In this document: one piece after another, positions 13,894 to 28,300 of the stretch
Position numbering within the stretch: position 1 is the stretch's first letter
Layout: the number at the start of each line of letters is the position of its first letter
From: Botryllus schlosseri
Lineage: Eukaryota
Assembly (NCBI GenBank): GCA_051294905.1
Contig: CM119371.1
Coordinates: 2,172,001-2,236,000, forward strand
Length of the DNA stretch: 64,000 bases
Direction: 5' to 3'
Program-made: the position numbers and the translations under genes
Notes under the pieces: model-generated
Databases searched by the model: none
Told to the model about the DNA's origin: nothing
What the model saw: the letters and a program-made list of their open reading frames with translations, nothing else

Positions 13894-15570
13894 CAAGGTT
13901 GCCATACCGTCCTTATTTCTAAGAATTGTCGTTATTTTCAAAGGCCAGGTCTTAGAAAACTCAACTGTCCTCATTTCTAAGAAATGTCCTTATTTTCGAC
14001 TTACGTCCTTATTTTGTCTTATTTTCAACAATTAAACAACTTCGATCGTCTTCCTCTGCTAATTATGTTGCATAATATTCTAAAATAATGATTTTGCTTC
14101 AAGATTTTATGACATCACGAATGAAGAGAACTCCCGGCATGCACGCTACACACCACAGGATTTGACTTCTAAGTTGTGCGATCATAGTGTCCTAAACGGC
14201 GTGGACATAGCGAGATTGGACGGCTCACTCCCTGGGTTTACATCATACTTTATATTTTGCAAAAAGCTATTTTACGGCCCTCTATCTTTAATAAAATGGG
14301 TAAAAATGGAAAGCTGGTACTGTACTGATTACGAAAATATCAATTTTACTCTTTTCGTGGCCCTACAACCACAGAAATGATCCTCAAATTTTCCATTGTG
14401 ACAGAACAATTCTGTCCGGCAAAACGAGATTGCAGCTCAAGAGAAACAGCCTGACAGCATCGTTTCGTCAAAGAGATAAACTCCATCGCAAGGCTAAATT
14501 TGAGGCTGAATTTTTTGGGGTGGGATGTCCAAGGGCCATAAGCAGAATGAAATTCATATTTTCGTAATCAGCACAGCTTTCCATTGATAATCACTTTGAT
14601 AAATTGATCGCTCAGCAAGCCTGTCAAAATGGACGTAAGTTTGAAATGACAGTCAAATCCCAGCTACCAGTAAAGGTAAACCTAGACCTCAGCCGTCGTG
14701 AGATTCATGAAGTACTTTCTAATAACAAGTAGTAACTGGAGCAGATTGTTTCTGACAAAAAAGTCTTCCAAGCAAAGTAACAATATGATATCATATATTG
14801 GGAGAAGCAACCGCTAAAACCACAGCATCAGGTTCTCCGTATCATAGCCAGAGCTCCAAAGGGACCGGGATATGTATCAAGCAAATCACTGCTCAAAATA
14901 TTCGTTGTTGTAGATTTAAAAGAACCAAGTTTATGTATCAGGGCCATTGCCCCGAAAACTTCAATAAATTCTTCACCTCGGTATCAAATATGCACGACAC
15001 ACGCGCGTCCACGTCGTCCAAGTACCATATGGTAGACAAAAAAGATCATCACTCTATTAATTATGCCGGACACAACTTGTAGAACAATATCTTGCCGGCT
15101 ATCCGGCAGTTATCGAGCATGTCCTGTCCACATTCAAGTCGAAATACAATGAATTTATATTGAATAAATCCAAATCAGTCCTCTAGTTTACCGAATCGCG
15201 AGCTGATATATCGATCTCGCCATCCGTCACTTGCCACTTTTTTGACTCCCGTCCTTTTATATTATCTTCTTTTACTTTTCATTCAGTGTGTTCATTCAGT
15301 GTACATGCCTCCTATGTACATCGCCTAGGCCAGGTGGGGGTCTGATTTCGAAGTTTATACTCCAAGTCGTTTTGAAACCTTCCTATCTTCCATTGTATCG
15401 CAGCCTCGTGGTGAATTAAAATGACGAAATTATCATAGCGATAAGATGGATTGCATATTATATGCCGAAGCTCGTATAAATACAAACAAAGTGTGCACAA
15501 AAACGCTTTTTAATGCTAATCTAATTTTTCGATTGTCCTTATTTTTGGGTCCATGTCGATGGTAACCCTG
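13894..15570. mobile_element. Non-autonomous hAT element with perfect 8-bp TSD gatatata (second copy at 16543-18219)
   Basis: caaggttgccat ... atggtaaccctg termini, with gatatata at 13886-13893 and 15571-15578 and gtccttattt subterminal repeats. Confidence 0.8.
14720..15170 (+). pseudogene. 3' remnant of a CR1/L2-group LINE ORF2 (also at +2649)
   Basis: KFMY...PENFNKFFTSVSNMHDTRAS resembles the FMY...P..F...F.....H...TR C-terminal motif of CR1/L2-group reverse transcriptases. It is followed by aataaa. Confidence 0.5.
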
Positions 15571-18500
15571 GATATATAGGCTACAGTGTACACCCACTTC
15601 ACCAAGATTGAGATACATACCAACATTAATGTCACTCAAGTAGAAAAATGAAATATTTCCAGGCAGAGTCAAGGTGGTAGCAAACATTGTTGCTACTCAA
15701 GAACAGTACCTACGCACTGCAATGAAATATTAGCTGAGAGTCCAGAGATAGTTCATAACATTGATGCTAATCAGAATATTTGGCGAATTTTTTAATTGGT
15801 GGCAAAAATTTCAATGTAGACAAAAATGAGGGTGAGAATCCTACAATGTTGTCACACTTGACTGATTTCTGGAGACAATGACCCACAATGGCCGAGCATC
15901 AAAAATAATTAGGCCTAATCTCTCACATGACAAAATAGACCAATCTATATAGCCTACCATAACAAATTAGTAGTGAAATGAATCCCCTTTTATAAAGACT
16001 ACTTGTAGTACTGTTGCCTCATGAAAAAGAATTGGACATCCAGCGGCAACCCTTTTTCATCAATAACTATTCAAATCTTTTACTGCTTAGTGTCCAAAGT
16101 TACCCTTAAGTCCAAAGTTACCCCGGTTTACGGTACTCATAGAAAGGCTTGGCCAAACCGTTTTCCATAACATCCAACGACACATTCGAATAAACAACAG
16201 CCGGCAGCCGCCCTTCGATAACAGCGAGAAATGTCTTCATGTCGCGTTTATATCTGGACTTGACAATTGAAAGCAACCAAGCATTAAGACCAGGCACACA
16301 CAGTATGCGCCGGAAATATAGTTTTACTGGCCTCTTATGAATGTATCTATTTTTCCAATGTCGCCAACTATAGGCGTACTACTAGAGTAGAAATAATCGG
16401 CAACTTTATCAATATTGATGTATGAGACACGGCGCTATGATTTTCGTTTGGGTCTTCATATTATAAAGTTGAATTGCATAAAATCTCAAGGGAGTTCAAT
16501 GCCATCTGTAAGAAAGGGTATAATAATTGTAAGGGATATATACAAGGTTGCCATACCGTCCTTATTTCTAAGAATTGTCGTTATTTTCAAAGGCCAGGTC
16601 TTAGAAAACTCAACTGTCCTCATTTCTAAGAAATGTCCTTATTTTCGACTTACGTCCTTATTTTGTCTTATTTTCAACAATTAAACAACTTCGATCGTCT
16701 TCCTCTGCTAATTATGTTGCATAATATTCTAAAATAATGATTTTGCTTCAAGATTTTATGACATCACGAATGAAGAGAACTCCCGGCATGCACGCTACAC
16801 ACCACAGGATTTGACTTCTAAGTTGTGCGATCATAGTGTCCTAAACGGCGTGGACATAGCGAGATTGGACGGCTCACTCCCTGGGTTTACATCATACTTT
16901 ATATTTTGCAAAAAGCTATTTTACGGCCCTCTATCTTTAATAAAATGGGTAAAAATGGAAAGCTGGTACTGTACTGATTACGAAAATATCAATTTTACTC
17001 TTTTCGTGGCCCTACAACCACAGAAATGATCCTCAAATTTTCCATTGTGACAGAACAATTCTGTCCGGCAAAACGAGATTGCAGCTCAAGAGAAACAGCC
17101 TGACAGCATCGTTTCGTCAAAGAGATAAACTCCATCGCAAGGCTAAATTTGAGGCTGAATTTTTTGGGGTGGGATGTCCAAGGGCCATAAGCAGAATGAA
17201 ATTCATATTTTCGTAATCAGCACAGCTTTCCATTGATAATCACTTTGATAAATTGATCGCTCAGCAAGCCTGTCAAAATGGACGTAAGTTTGAAATGACA
17301 GTCAAATCCCAGCTACCAGTAAAGGTAAACCTAGACCTCAGCCGTCGTGAGATTCATGAAGTACTTTCTAATAACAAGTAGTAACTGGAGCAGATTGTTT
17401 CTGACAAAAAAGTCTTCCAAGCAAAGTAACAATATGATATCATATATTGGGAGAAGCAACCGCTAAAACCACAGCATCAGGTTCTCCGTATCATAGCCAG
17501 AGCTCCAAAGGGACCGGGATATGTATCAAGCAAATCACTGCTCAAAATATTCGTTGTTGTAGATTTAAAAGAACCAAGTTTATGTATCAGGGCCATTGCC
17601 CCGAAAACTTCAATAAATTCTTCACCTCGGTATCAAATATGCACGACACACGCGCGTCCACGTCGTCCAAGTACCATATGGTAGACAAAAAAGATCATCA
17701 CTCTATTAATTATGCCGGACACAACTTGTAGAACAATATCTTGCCGGCTATCCGGCAGTTATCGAGCATGTCCTGTCCACATTCAAGTCGAAATACAATG
17801 AATTTATATTGAATAAATCCAAATCAGTCCTCTAGTTTACCGAATCGCGAGCTGATATATCGATCTCGCCATCCGTCACTTGCCACTTTTTTGACTCCCG
17901 TCCTTTTATATTATCTTCTTTTACTTTTCATTCAGTGTGTTCATTCAGTGTACATGCCTCCTATGTACATCGCCTAGGCCAGGTGGGGGTCTGATTTCGA
18001 AGTTTATACTCCAAGTCGTTTTGAAACCTTCCTATCTTCCATTGTATCGCAGCCTCGTGGTGAATTAAAATGACGAAATTATCATAGCGATAAGATGGAT
18101 TGCATATTATATGCCGAAGCTCGTATAAATACAAACAAAGTGTGCACAAAAACGCTTTTTAATGCTAATCTAATTTTTCGATTGTCCTTATTTTTGGGTC
18201 CATGTCGATGGTAACCCTGGATATATAGGCTACAGTGTACACCCACTTCACCAAGATTGAGATACATACCAACATTAATGTCACTCAAGTAGAAAAATGA
18301 AATATTTCCAGGCAGAGTCAAGGTGGTAGCAAACATTGTTGCTACTCAAGAACAGTACCTACGCACTGCAATGAAATATTAGCTGAGAGTCCAGAGATAG
18401 TTCATAACATTGATGCTAATCAGAATATTTGGCGAATTTTTTAATTGGTGGCAAAAATTTCAATGTAGACAAAAATGAGGGTGAGAATCCTACAATGTTG

Positions 18501-18629
18501 TCACACTTGACTGATTTCTGGAGACAATGACCCACAATGGCCGAGCATCAAAAATAATTAGGCCTAATCTCTCACATGACAAAATAGACCAATCTATATA
18601 GCCTACCATAACAAATTGGATGCATTTTA

Positions 18630-21055
18630 AGGACAAAGTAGCTCAATTACTGACGCAATTTCAAATCTGCCTTGAAAAAGATCTTCAATTTCACAGTTGT
18701 ATGATCATTAAAAGCTTGCTTTTCTTCACGCTATAACTTGGAGACTATACTTATGGTGTGTAACACATTCAAAATAAATTGATATTCACTAAGATATATT
18801 TCACTAGGTTATGAGCCAAACTTCTGCAAAATCTGAAACTTGATGGAGTCCAAATCTATATTCATGGCACTAACAAACCGTTATTCTGGCTTAATCACGT
18901 CTCAAGGTTAAACTTGATCAGACTCGCAGCATCGTTTTACATTCAGGTACATATTATCTACAGGACTGTGCCACAATGATTTGTTTAACGGTTCTCGAAT
19001 CTGAATCAAGTACCGTAACTGTAATGATTCGAGTCAAGTAGTGAAAGACGATTTTTTAGACTAATGAAACTTAACGCCCACTTTCATCAAAAAGTTATAT
19101 TTGCATCAATTTTCTGAAACCTCGATTGGTCGTATCGCAACATACGAAACAATATGTACAAAGCTATGCATTTTAGCGGAAATTACATTTCTGTGTAGCT
19201 GTGGTCGACTTGCAACATTGTTACAGAGCCAAACAAAATATTTTCGATAAATACCAAATCATCATTATATACTTCTATTGTCATCATGAGTGATTATCAA
19301 ATACGTGAAGCCTAATACTTAATTCAGAGTAGAATCACTCAGGTACCGGTATTCGATTTTGCCCGGATCTAAGCCTAGTATAATGACGAGCAAACCTTTT
19401 TCCTGCATGATATCATCTCCAGAATCATCGCCCATCGGTGATTCCATTTCAAGTCAACAACATGCAGTGACCCACTAGGTCTCAGATTTTCATGTAATTT
19501 TAGGAAAGAATCTAGTACGGTATCTAGCACTGAGTGTCGAAAACATGTTTTTCAATATTGATACACTGAAACCATTTTGTGCTCACTCAACAATGAAGTT
19601 TAATTAGTTTCACATTCTCTATTGCAGTACGCTCATAAAACAGAATACAAGAAATTCTTGATACTGAAGGGAAAATTTTCAACAATCAAATGGGGTCAAT
19701 GTCAGTCTTAGTAGCCTACCCCATTAAAAATCAATCATGTGTGACATAAACTTGAAACATTTTTAGCACAATTCTCTATACACAAAATTGGGTATTAACT
19801 TGTGATATGAAATCTGGTTGGGTAGTGAAATATGACTGACATGTTTTGCTCATTAATAATTAATTGGTAGGCTAATAGACCTAGTCCAAATAACCTTCCT
19901 ACATAGATAAGATAGCCTACTTTTGAATCCAAGCTGTAATTCAATTTTAGATCGAACAAAAATTAGATTGGGCATCAATAAAGTTTCAGATTTTCCAGAT
20001 ATTTGAATCAAGACATTATGAGTCGATATGACTAGACAGCAATTTATTTCAACAGAATCACCGGTAGGCCAACATAAGCGGTTGTCAGGTTATCACATAT
20101 AAAAATAAGCTTTTTTCTGCTCATTTAACCATGAAATGAAAATTTTTTTCAAGCTGATTTGAAATTGTCTGTAAATGAGATACTTTTGCATTAAACGGTT
20201 GTTCTTGTTATGTTACATAAGTTCATCGATTTTATCATGCAAGATTCGAGTTTTTTTTTAGGTAAACAGCCCCCAAAGTATCCCTCTCATTTCTGTCTAT
20301 ATCATAGGCCTACTTCGAAACATTTTTTAAGGGTTTCATCTGAATTCTGTTGCAAAATAGAATATATACTTGAGAAATGAGTTAGATGCCAAAATTCGTC
20401 TTACATTATGTAAGAAACTAGAATATGGAAAATAATTTTCAGCAAAATCACCACATTTTTATACTCTGAAATATGCTATTCGCAGCAGTCACAAGTTTGT
20501 TTGTAAATATTACATAAAACTCAACTCCTAAGAATTTCATGTTATGGCAGGTATTACACGTCACTATTTACAAAAATTTTCAAGTAAACAGAAATGATAG
20601 GGAAAGTTATGAAATAATTTTACGCATGAGATATTTTCATTGGCTTTACCTTCAGCTACATACTTGGCAGGGCACAAAAGATAAATATCTTCTCACTGGC
20701 TTGCTGAATGTATCAATTTATACAATATGACAACATTCTCAGGTCTAAGTAGCTCATTTATACTGACGCAAGTTCAGATCTTCCTAAAAAAAAGCTTGTT
20801 TTCAACACGCAACAACTTGAAAACTTCATTCAAAATGGATACCGTTAGCTAAACTATAGCCTTTCACAAGCTGATGAGTCGAATTTCAGCAAAATCTGCA
20901 AGTTGATGGAGATCAAATCTCTCCTTGGTTCATTTGACATGAAATTACATATATACAGCAGTTACCTAATGTCACTAACAATCCAGTAAGCTGGCTTGAT
21001 CATGGCTCAAGGTTGAACTTGATCAGAATCGCAGCATCATTTTATATTCAGTAAT
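18630..21055. repeat. Diverged direct duplication (~18630-18950 vs ~20745-21055)
   Basis: gtagctca..tactgacgcaa, gcaaaatctg..acttgatggag and ctcaaggtt.aacttgatcaga.tcgcagcatc occur in both copies. Confidence 0.7.
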
Positions 21056-21829
21056 TGTATTCTCGAGCGAGGCAGGAACGAGCAATCGATACTCTATGGA
21101 AACTCGAAAATTATGTTTGATAGAAGCTGTAAGCCAATATGGAATAGGTGTCTCGTGGGGACTAAAGACTCTACTGAATACACACAGGTGTGAAGCAAGA
21201 CGCTGAGAACCGTCTTGGCACACCATATCACACTAAATGTATTAGGATTCATTCCATTTTCGAACATATTGATTGAACACCTAAACACTTCTTTCTTGTC
21301 GAGGGCGATTTCCAGAGTACGGGGTTACCGGTATCGACTATCAAGACATGTTACCATTTCTAAAGATTTCACATCAGACAACACCTTTCGTAACACACTC
21401 ATCCAGCAAGAGGCCATCACAATTTGGAGTTGGTAACCTCAATTCCTATCGATATACCAAGACTGTAATATTGTATGTGAGCACAGTAGAAGCGCGAAAC
21501 AGTATACCAATGCAGCACTGGTCTACAATCAACATCAAGTAGCTATAGGTTAGGTTTGCGCATTCGCCCATTCGGCAACATGAAGAACCATCTATTCTTC
21601 CTAAATTCAGGTGTAAAATTTTACCCTGTCGTTATTTTTCACTTTATCCAGTAATATAAGTGAGTTAGCCTGTACTCTGAAACATATTAGCTATATCTTC
21701 AACGTCCGATCAAATTAAAACTGATATTAGAACACTCAATCAGCTGATTTCATTCCATGTTTTGACTCAGAGCCATTCACGCACGTGAGACATTAGCTCC
21801 ACCACGCGGAATAACGTAAGGCGTCAAAT

Positions 21830-22070
21830 TATAGATAACTAAGGTAAACCGTAGATGCGACACTAACGGGCGTCACGTGATTTCGCGCTCTGATGACTGT
21901 CTACGCAGTTCGAGTTGTTTTGCTGGGCGCTTATGGAAGGGGATGTTAATTTCTGCATTTAAATAGGAATATCTATCCATGAGGTTAGTTTAGCGAGTAG
22001 CTACTCCGTGTGGTTACTAACCAAGATTATTGGGTTGATGCTACGCAATCAAAGCTAGCAAAACGAGGAA
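21830..22070 (+). repeat. Left TIR of the P element
   Basis: Reverse complement of ~36150-36386. The first 23 bp are perfect; the rest has scattered mismatches and one ~10-bp indel. Confidence 0.9.
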
Positions 22071-22300
22071 ATGAATGTCGTAATCATTGAATGAATGTGG
22101 CTGTTTTAAGTGGTCAGTGGTCTGTGGTCTTCATTAAGCAATAGATCATCCAAGATGACATGACATGAGATGGCATACAAATGCCTGCATTTGATTTACA
22201 TGATGTTTATGTTTTCATTGGATTTCATATAGCATTTATATGTTTGCATATGTTTTTTACAACAAATTTAATTACTGCGCTGTCAACTATCAATAATATT

Positions 22301-25300
22301 ATGCCAACGCACTGCGCTCTGCCTGGCTGTAACTGGTCTCGTTCCAGAAAAGAAAAGCGTAGTTTGTTTACTATTCATCGACCTGATTTGGCAAGAACTC
22401 CCGGCGAAAGAGCTCACCGGGAACAATTGACAAATTATATTTTATCTTTAAGAGATTACACCCGAGGAGATATTATTAAAGACATGTTGCACAAAGAAAC
22501 GTAAGTAGTTCGTCTAGTTTACAAAAGTATGAGTGTCCGGTAACGTAAATGGGTAGCCAAGCCATTTATGGTTAATCATGATCTCGTCGGCACATTTATA
22601 TAATATGTGAAATTGCAGGGCTGCCATTTGCGACCATCAGAGAGAGAGAGAGTCTTTATTTTCATCGAACCAAAATACATAACAAACGGCAGTGATGGTG
22701 GTACAGAAAATATGCGTGCACAGTATTCGGTATTAGATAGGAATGATCGATAAGACCATGAAGGTCATCTAGTCTGATCACACCAGCATCAAACAGGTAC
22801 ACTTGACTCAGAACAGTCTGGCTGTAAGAAATGTTTAGTTAGGAAAGGAAAATAGAAAAAAAATTAAACAATGGTAGCAAATGATCAATGAAGCAATGTC
22901 TGGGCGAGGTAGGGCAACAGTGCCATCACTTTGCTCAAGATGATATCATCTGGACTGGTAAAAGATCGAAGCTTCGTCTTGGTGCTCTGCCGACTAAAAA
23001 CATCTATAAGGGATCAAACTCCAGCTGCCTTCCCCAGAGAAAAACACCGGAAGTTAGAAAAGCTCTTCCTCCGGCGAAGGTTTACGCCTCTTTGTCAAGT
23101 GTAAAAACCGCTGCTAAACATTTGACCGATAATTACAAAGGTAAAATTTATAGTTGTTCAGCTGTAGTTACTAAGCTCTGATAACTAATATAAGCTTATA
23201 TGCATTCTTAGAGTGCTGGCTCATAACGGAGGAGGATGAAAATTTGATAATACAGAAAAGAAATGGAGTGTTTGATGATAGCATAGTACCCGAATTCAGG
23301 TTTGAATTACTATTAGGCTACATAGCCTAGTCTGAGATATTAGTGACATTACGAGTTGACATGAATTTTTATCTTGAAGAATTGTGATAGGCAGCGATGT
23401 CACAATACAGTCTATTGCATGCTATGGCTGGCAAGTGCAACCAGAAAATGTACAGCTTCCTCAAATATCATTTTGCTCTCTGACATCATTTTTAGGTAAG
23501 TAGACAGGGCGAGGGTTTATTATAGTGATTGGTACAACTGCGAAGTTTTCATTCAGGTGAACTGAACAGGATTGCTGTATGCAAGGGCCTTGCAGGTAAT
23601 ATGTCGGGCTGCGAGAAGCATGCAATTTTAAGTTGGGATGGGAGGAGATTAGTTGCCACGGATGTATTTAGATCACCAGGATGTCATATAATAGGCAAGT
23701 AGCACAATTACTTTCAGATGATTTTTTTTATATATGTAGGCCCTCCCTAGCGTAATTTCAGTACATACACTTGCAGGAAAAAGTTTTGAGGCAGATGGCA
23801 TTTGCATGGCTTGCAGCAATTTTATGCCAATTGACACATTCCACAATGAAGAATTAGAAATTGAGGAGATAGAATGTGACGAGGAGGTGGTATTGCTGCA
23901 TCCAGATCAGCTTTATTTATAAATAATGAAAAATTTCAGGAGTCAGTCAGTCAAGACAAATGGCAGAAAATGTTTTCTTCTACTCAGTCGAGCAACAGAT
24001 CAGCCCATAAAAATGCTCGTCGATACCCCACTAATGTAATTCAGTGGGCCGTGGAGCTTTTTTCCAGATCACCCGCGGCATACAAGTTCGTTCAGGAAAG
24101 TGGTCTCTTGACATTGCCAACAGCAAGGACGATTCAACGTTTTCGGTAACCTTTATTCATTCCGCTAAGTGCAAAATTTTTTACCTGATTATAATTGATT
24201 ATGATAGGAATAAGATCAAGCCTACTCCTGGTCTCAATATGATTGCAGTCAAGGAAATTGAGACCGTGATTGAAAACCATAAGGCTCTTCCGGCATATAT
24301 TACTCTCGATGAAATGAAAAGTTAGCATCAAGTTTTGTATGAAGATATTATGCATAACAAATAATCCTTCCTTGTTCGTTGACAGTACGTGAAAATATAG
24401 TTGTGAAAGATGGCACGCTGATTGGCTTTGTTAACTCTCCCTTCAATAATAAAGCTGAAATTGCAACACACATTTTAGGTGAGAAGTGACTATTCCAAGC
24501 AGTTTCAAATTGTATTCATGGTTTCTTTTTCCAGTTTTCTATGTCCGCTCCATTCGGAAAGAAATTTCGCTACCATTGGCATGGTATCCGACCCGGTCTC
24601 TTCCTCCTGGTGACCTTGCGGTATATTTCTGGGAGCTGCTATATGCATGCGAAACCAGGGGGTTGAATATCAATGCTGTGGTAGCAGATGGATTATCCAT
24701 TAATCGAAGCTTTTTCAAACTGATTTCGGGAGAAAAGAAGATTCCACTGGATAAACCGTTCACAGCACCAAACATTTATGCCCCGGACAGGCTCATATAC
24801 CTGTGCTCTGATCCCCCGCATCTTCTCAAGGTGAGCATATTTTTTATGGGATAGTCTGAAACGTAAAATTTGTGACACTCTTATTTGCAGACTGCCAGGA
24901 ATTCTTTGCTCTCGTCGAGGAGTGGGGGATCAAGATACATGAATATTGATGGCAAGGGCAACGATATATTATGGAGTCATGTTTTAGACCTTTACAAAAC
25001 TGAGTCTACCAGCCTTGTCCTGTACCAATCTGGACTAACTAGGGCACATGTAAAGTTGAATCCACGGTCAAAAGTATGTGACAACTCAGTGTTGCGGATG
25101 AATTTCGTTTCGAGTGACCCATGTGGGCAATTCCCTGCACAGACAACCGATGTTCCCACCACTACCTCTCCAAATCTCCTGAAATTTGGTACACGCACAG
25201 ATGAGCTAATTCCAAACAGGATGAACTTTATTTTATGAAAATTGGACATGGGGGTCAAAAGTTACGTCACTTTGAAAATTGACAATTTTCTGCTCATTTC

Positions 25301-28300
25301 GGGTCTGCACTTTCAGGTTTTATCAATGCAATATTCAAGAAGGTGTAGCTAGATGTTAGATGACAGTTGAGATACGGCACTTGGATTTATCTGAAGCTTG
25401 TCTGATCGTCTATATTTCCAAGTAAAATTTAATGCCCTGTAGGTTAGGGTCAAAGGTTAAATTGAGGGGGAATTTGGTCAATGGTCCAAAATCAGTCAGG
25501 CGTTACACGATTTAGACTGCGGATTGCTCAAAAACATATTATAATATTTTGGAAAATAGGATCTTAAATGAAAGTTTGCTTCAAGGAGACTTTGTTCATA
25601 GCTGTTTGATTTTGGCTATTAGACTGTAAAGTGATGAAATTGCAGTATCAAGAGCACACTTCATTTGCACATGGAAATGCAGAAGTAGTAGGGTGCGTTC
25701 GGACATCGAGTCTTGGGTGTGTGTGGACATCATGTCTGGGATGTGTTCCGACATCATGTCTTGGGTGTGTTCGGACTGTGTTGCCATTGAAACGTAGTGT
25801 CTGGGGTGAGTTCGGACTGTTTTGCCCCTCGGACATCGTGTCTGGGGTGGGTTCGGACAGTTTTGCTACTCGGACATCGTGTCTAGGGCGTGTTCGGACA
25901 TCATGTCAGGGGTGTGTTAGGACTGTGTTGCCACTCGGGCATCGTGTCTGGGCGGGGGGGTTCGGATATCATGCCTGGAGTGTGTTAGGATTGTGTTGTC
26001 AATCGGACATGGTGTCTGGGATATGTTTGTGCTGCGCCAGACATGCCTCAGACCTGATATCTGCGCACTATTTTTATCCAGACGTGCTCCGGAGCTGATG
26101 CCTGCGCACTAAATACCTTCAGGCATTGTCCGAAACGGATATCTGGACACATACATGCGTCAGACGTGATGCCCGCGTCCTAAACGACGCGTTTTTGCTG
26201 ATATCTGCGATAGCTAGGTATATCCACAGTGGTGGTAGCTGAGTATATCCAAATTTACTGTAGTGATAGCTGAGTACATCCACAGCTATCACTACTGTGG
26301 ATATAATCAGCTATCACTGATATCACTACTGTGGATGTGGATATACTCAGCTATCACTGCTGTAGATATACCCAGCAATCGCAGATATCAGCAAAAACCG
26401 CAAATATAGAGGTCATATATTGGTCAAATGTCGTTTAGGACGCCGGTATCACGTCTGACGCATGTATGTGTCCCTTAAGCCCGCAGATATCAGATTCGGA
26501 ATATGCCTGGGGGTATTTGATGCGCAGGTAAGAGCTACGACGCATGTCCACTGTCCAGATTAAAATAGTGGCAGATATCAGGTCTGAGGCATGTTTGGCG
26601 CATCACAAACATATCCCAGACACGATGTCTGAGCAACAACACAGTCCGGACACACCACAGGCATGATGTCCGAACACCTTCCAGACACGATGTCCGAGTG
26701 ACAGCACAATCCGAATTCCCCCCAGATACGATGTCCACGTTGCGAAACAGTCCGAACACACCCAAGACATAATATCTGAACACCCCAAGACACGATGTCC
26801 GAGTTGCAAAACAATCCGAACACCTCAGACCTGATATCTGCGCACTATTTTTATCCGGACATGCTCCGGAGCTGATACCTGTGTGCTAAATACCCACAGG
26901 CATCGTTCGAACCGGATATGTGCGCACTTGATAGCCATAGACATGCGTCGGACGTGATGCCCGCGTCCTAAACGACGTTTGACCTATGACCTCTATATTT
27001 GCGGTTTTTGTTGATATCTGCGATAGCTGAGTATATCCACTGTAGCGATAGCTGAGTATTTCCACATCCGCAGTAGTGATTGTGATATATGTGATAGTTG
27101 AGGTGAGTATAACCAGAGTAGTGATAGCTGTGGATATACTCAGCTATCACTACTGTGGATGTGGATATACTCAGCTATCATTACTGTGAATATACCCAGC
27201 TCTCGCAGATATAAGCAAAAACCGCAAATAAAGAGGTCATATATAGGTCACGAGTCGTTTAGTACGCGGGAATCACGTCTGACGTATGTCTGTGTCCACT
27301 AAGTGAGCAGATATCTGTTTCGGACAATGCCTGAAGGTATTTAGTACGCAGGCATCAGCTCCGGAGCATGTCTGGATAAGAATTGTGCGCAGATATCAGG
27401 TCTGAGGCATATCTGGCGCAGCACAAAAATATCCAGACACGATGTCCAATTGACAACACAATCCTAACACACTCCAGGCATGATGTCCGAGCCCCCCAGA
27501 CACGATGCCCGAGTAGCAACACACACCTGACATGATGTCCGAACACGCCCTAGACACGATGTCCGAATGGCAACAAATTCCGAACAAACCCTCGGCCCGA
27601 TGTCCGAGTTGCAAAACTGTCTGAACCCACCCCAGATACGATGTCCGAGGGGCAAAACAGTCCGAACTCACCCCAGACACTACGTTTCAATGGCAACACA
27701 GTCCGAACACACCCAAGACATGATGTCGGAACATATCATAGACATGATGTCCACACACACACCCCAGACTCGATGTCCGAACGCACCCTATACTACTACC
27801 GCATTTCCATGTGCAAATGAAGTGTGCTCTTGAAACTGCAATTTCATCACTTTACAGTCTAATAGCCAAAATCAAACAGCTATGAACAAAGTCTCCTTGA
27901 AGCAAACTTTCATTTAAGATCCTATTTTCCAAAATATTATAATATGTTTTTGAGCAATCCGCAGTCTAAATCGTGTAACGCCTGACTGATTTTAGACCAT
28001 TGACTAAATTCCCCCTCAATTTAACCTTTGACCCTAACCTACAGGGCATTAAATTTTACTTGGAAATATAGACGATCAGACAAGCTTCAGATAAATCCAA
28101 GTGCCGTATCTCAACTGTCGTCTAACATCTAGCTACACCTTCTTGAATATTGCATTGATAAAACCTGAAAGTGCAGACCCGAAATGAGCAGAAAATTGTC
28201 AATTTTCAAAGTGACGTAACTTTTGACCCCCATGTCCAATTTTCATAAAATAAAGTTCATCCTGTTTGGAATTAGCTCATCTGTGCGTGTACCAAATTTC

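Larger units (their letters stand above)
13321..18617. repeat. Apparently identical tandem duplication, period 2649 bp (13321-15968 and 15970-18617)
   Basis: All five ORFs in the track recur at +2649 with identical translations. The junction has one extra base at 15969. Confidence 0.95.

Noticed and set aside
21700..21740. U2 snRNA-like fragment next to the P insertion site (minus strand tgttctaatatcagttttaat)
   Set aside because: The match is short, gapped and AT-rich, and neither the U2 5' end nor the Sm site is present.
25596..27833. Cys-rich ORFs (CVRTSCLG repeats) on both strands
   Set aside because: They are by-products of the GC-rich repeats in the foldback element, are mirrored on both strands and show no domain signature.
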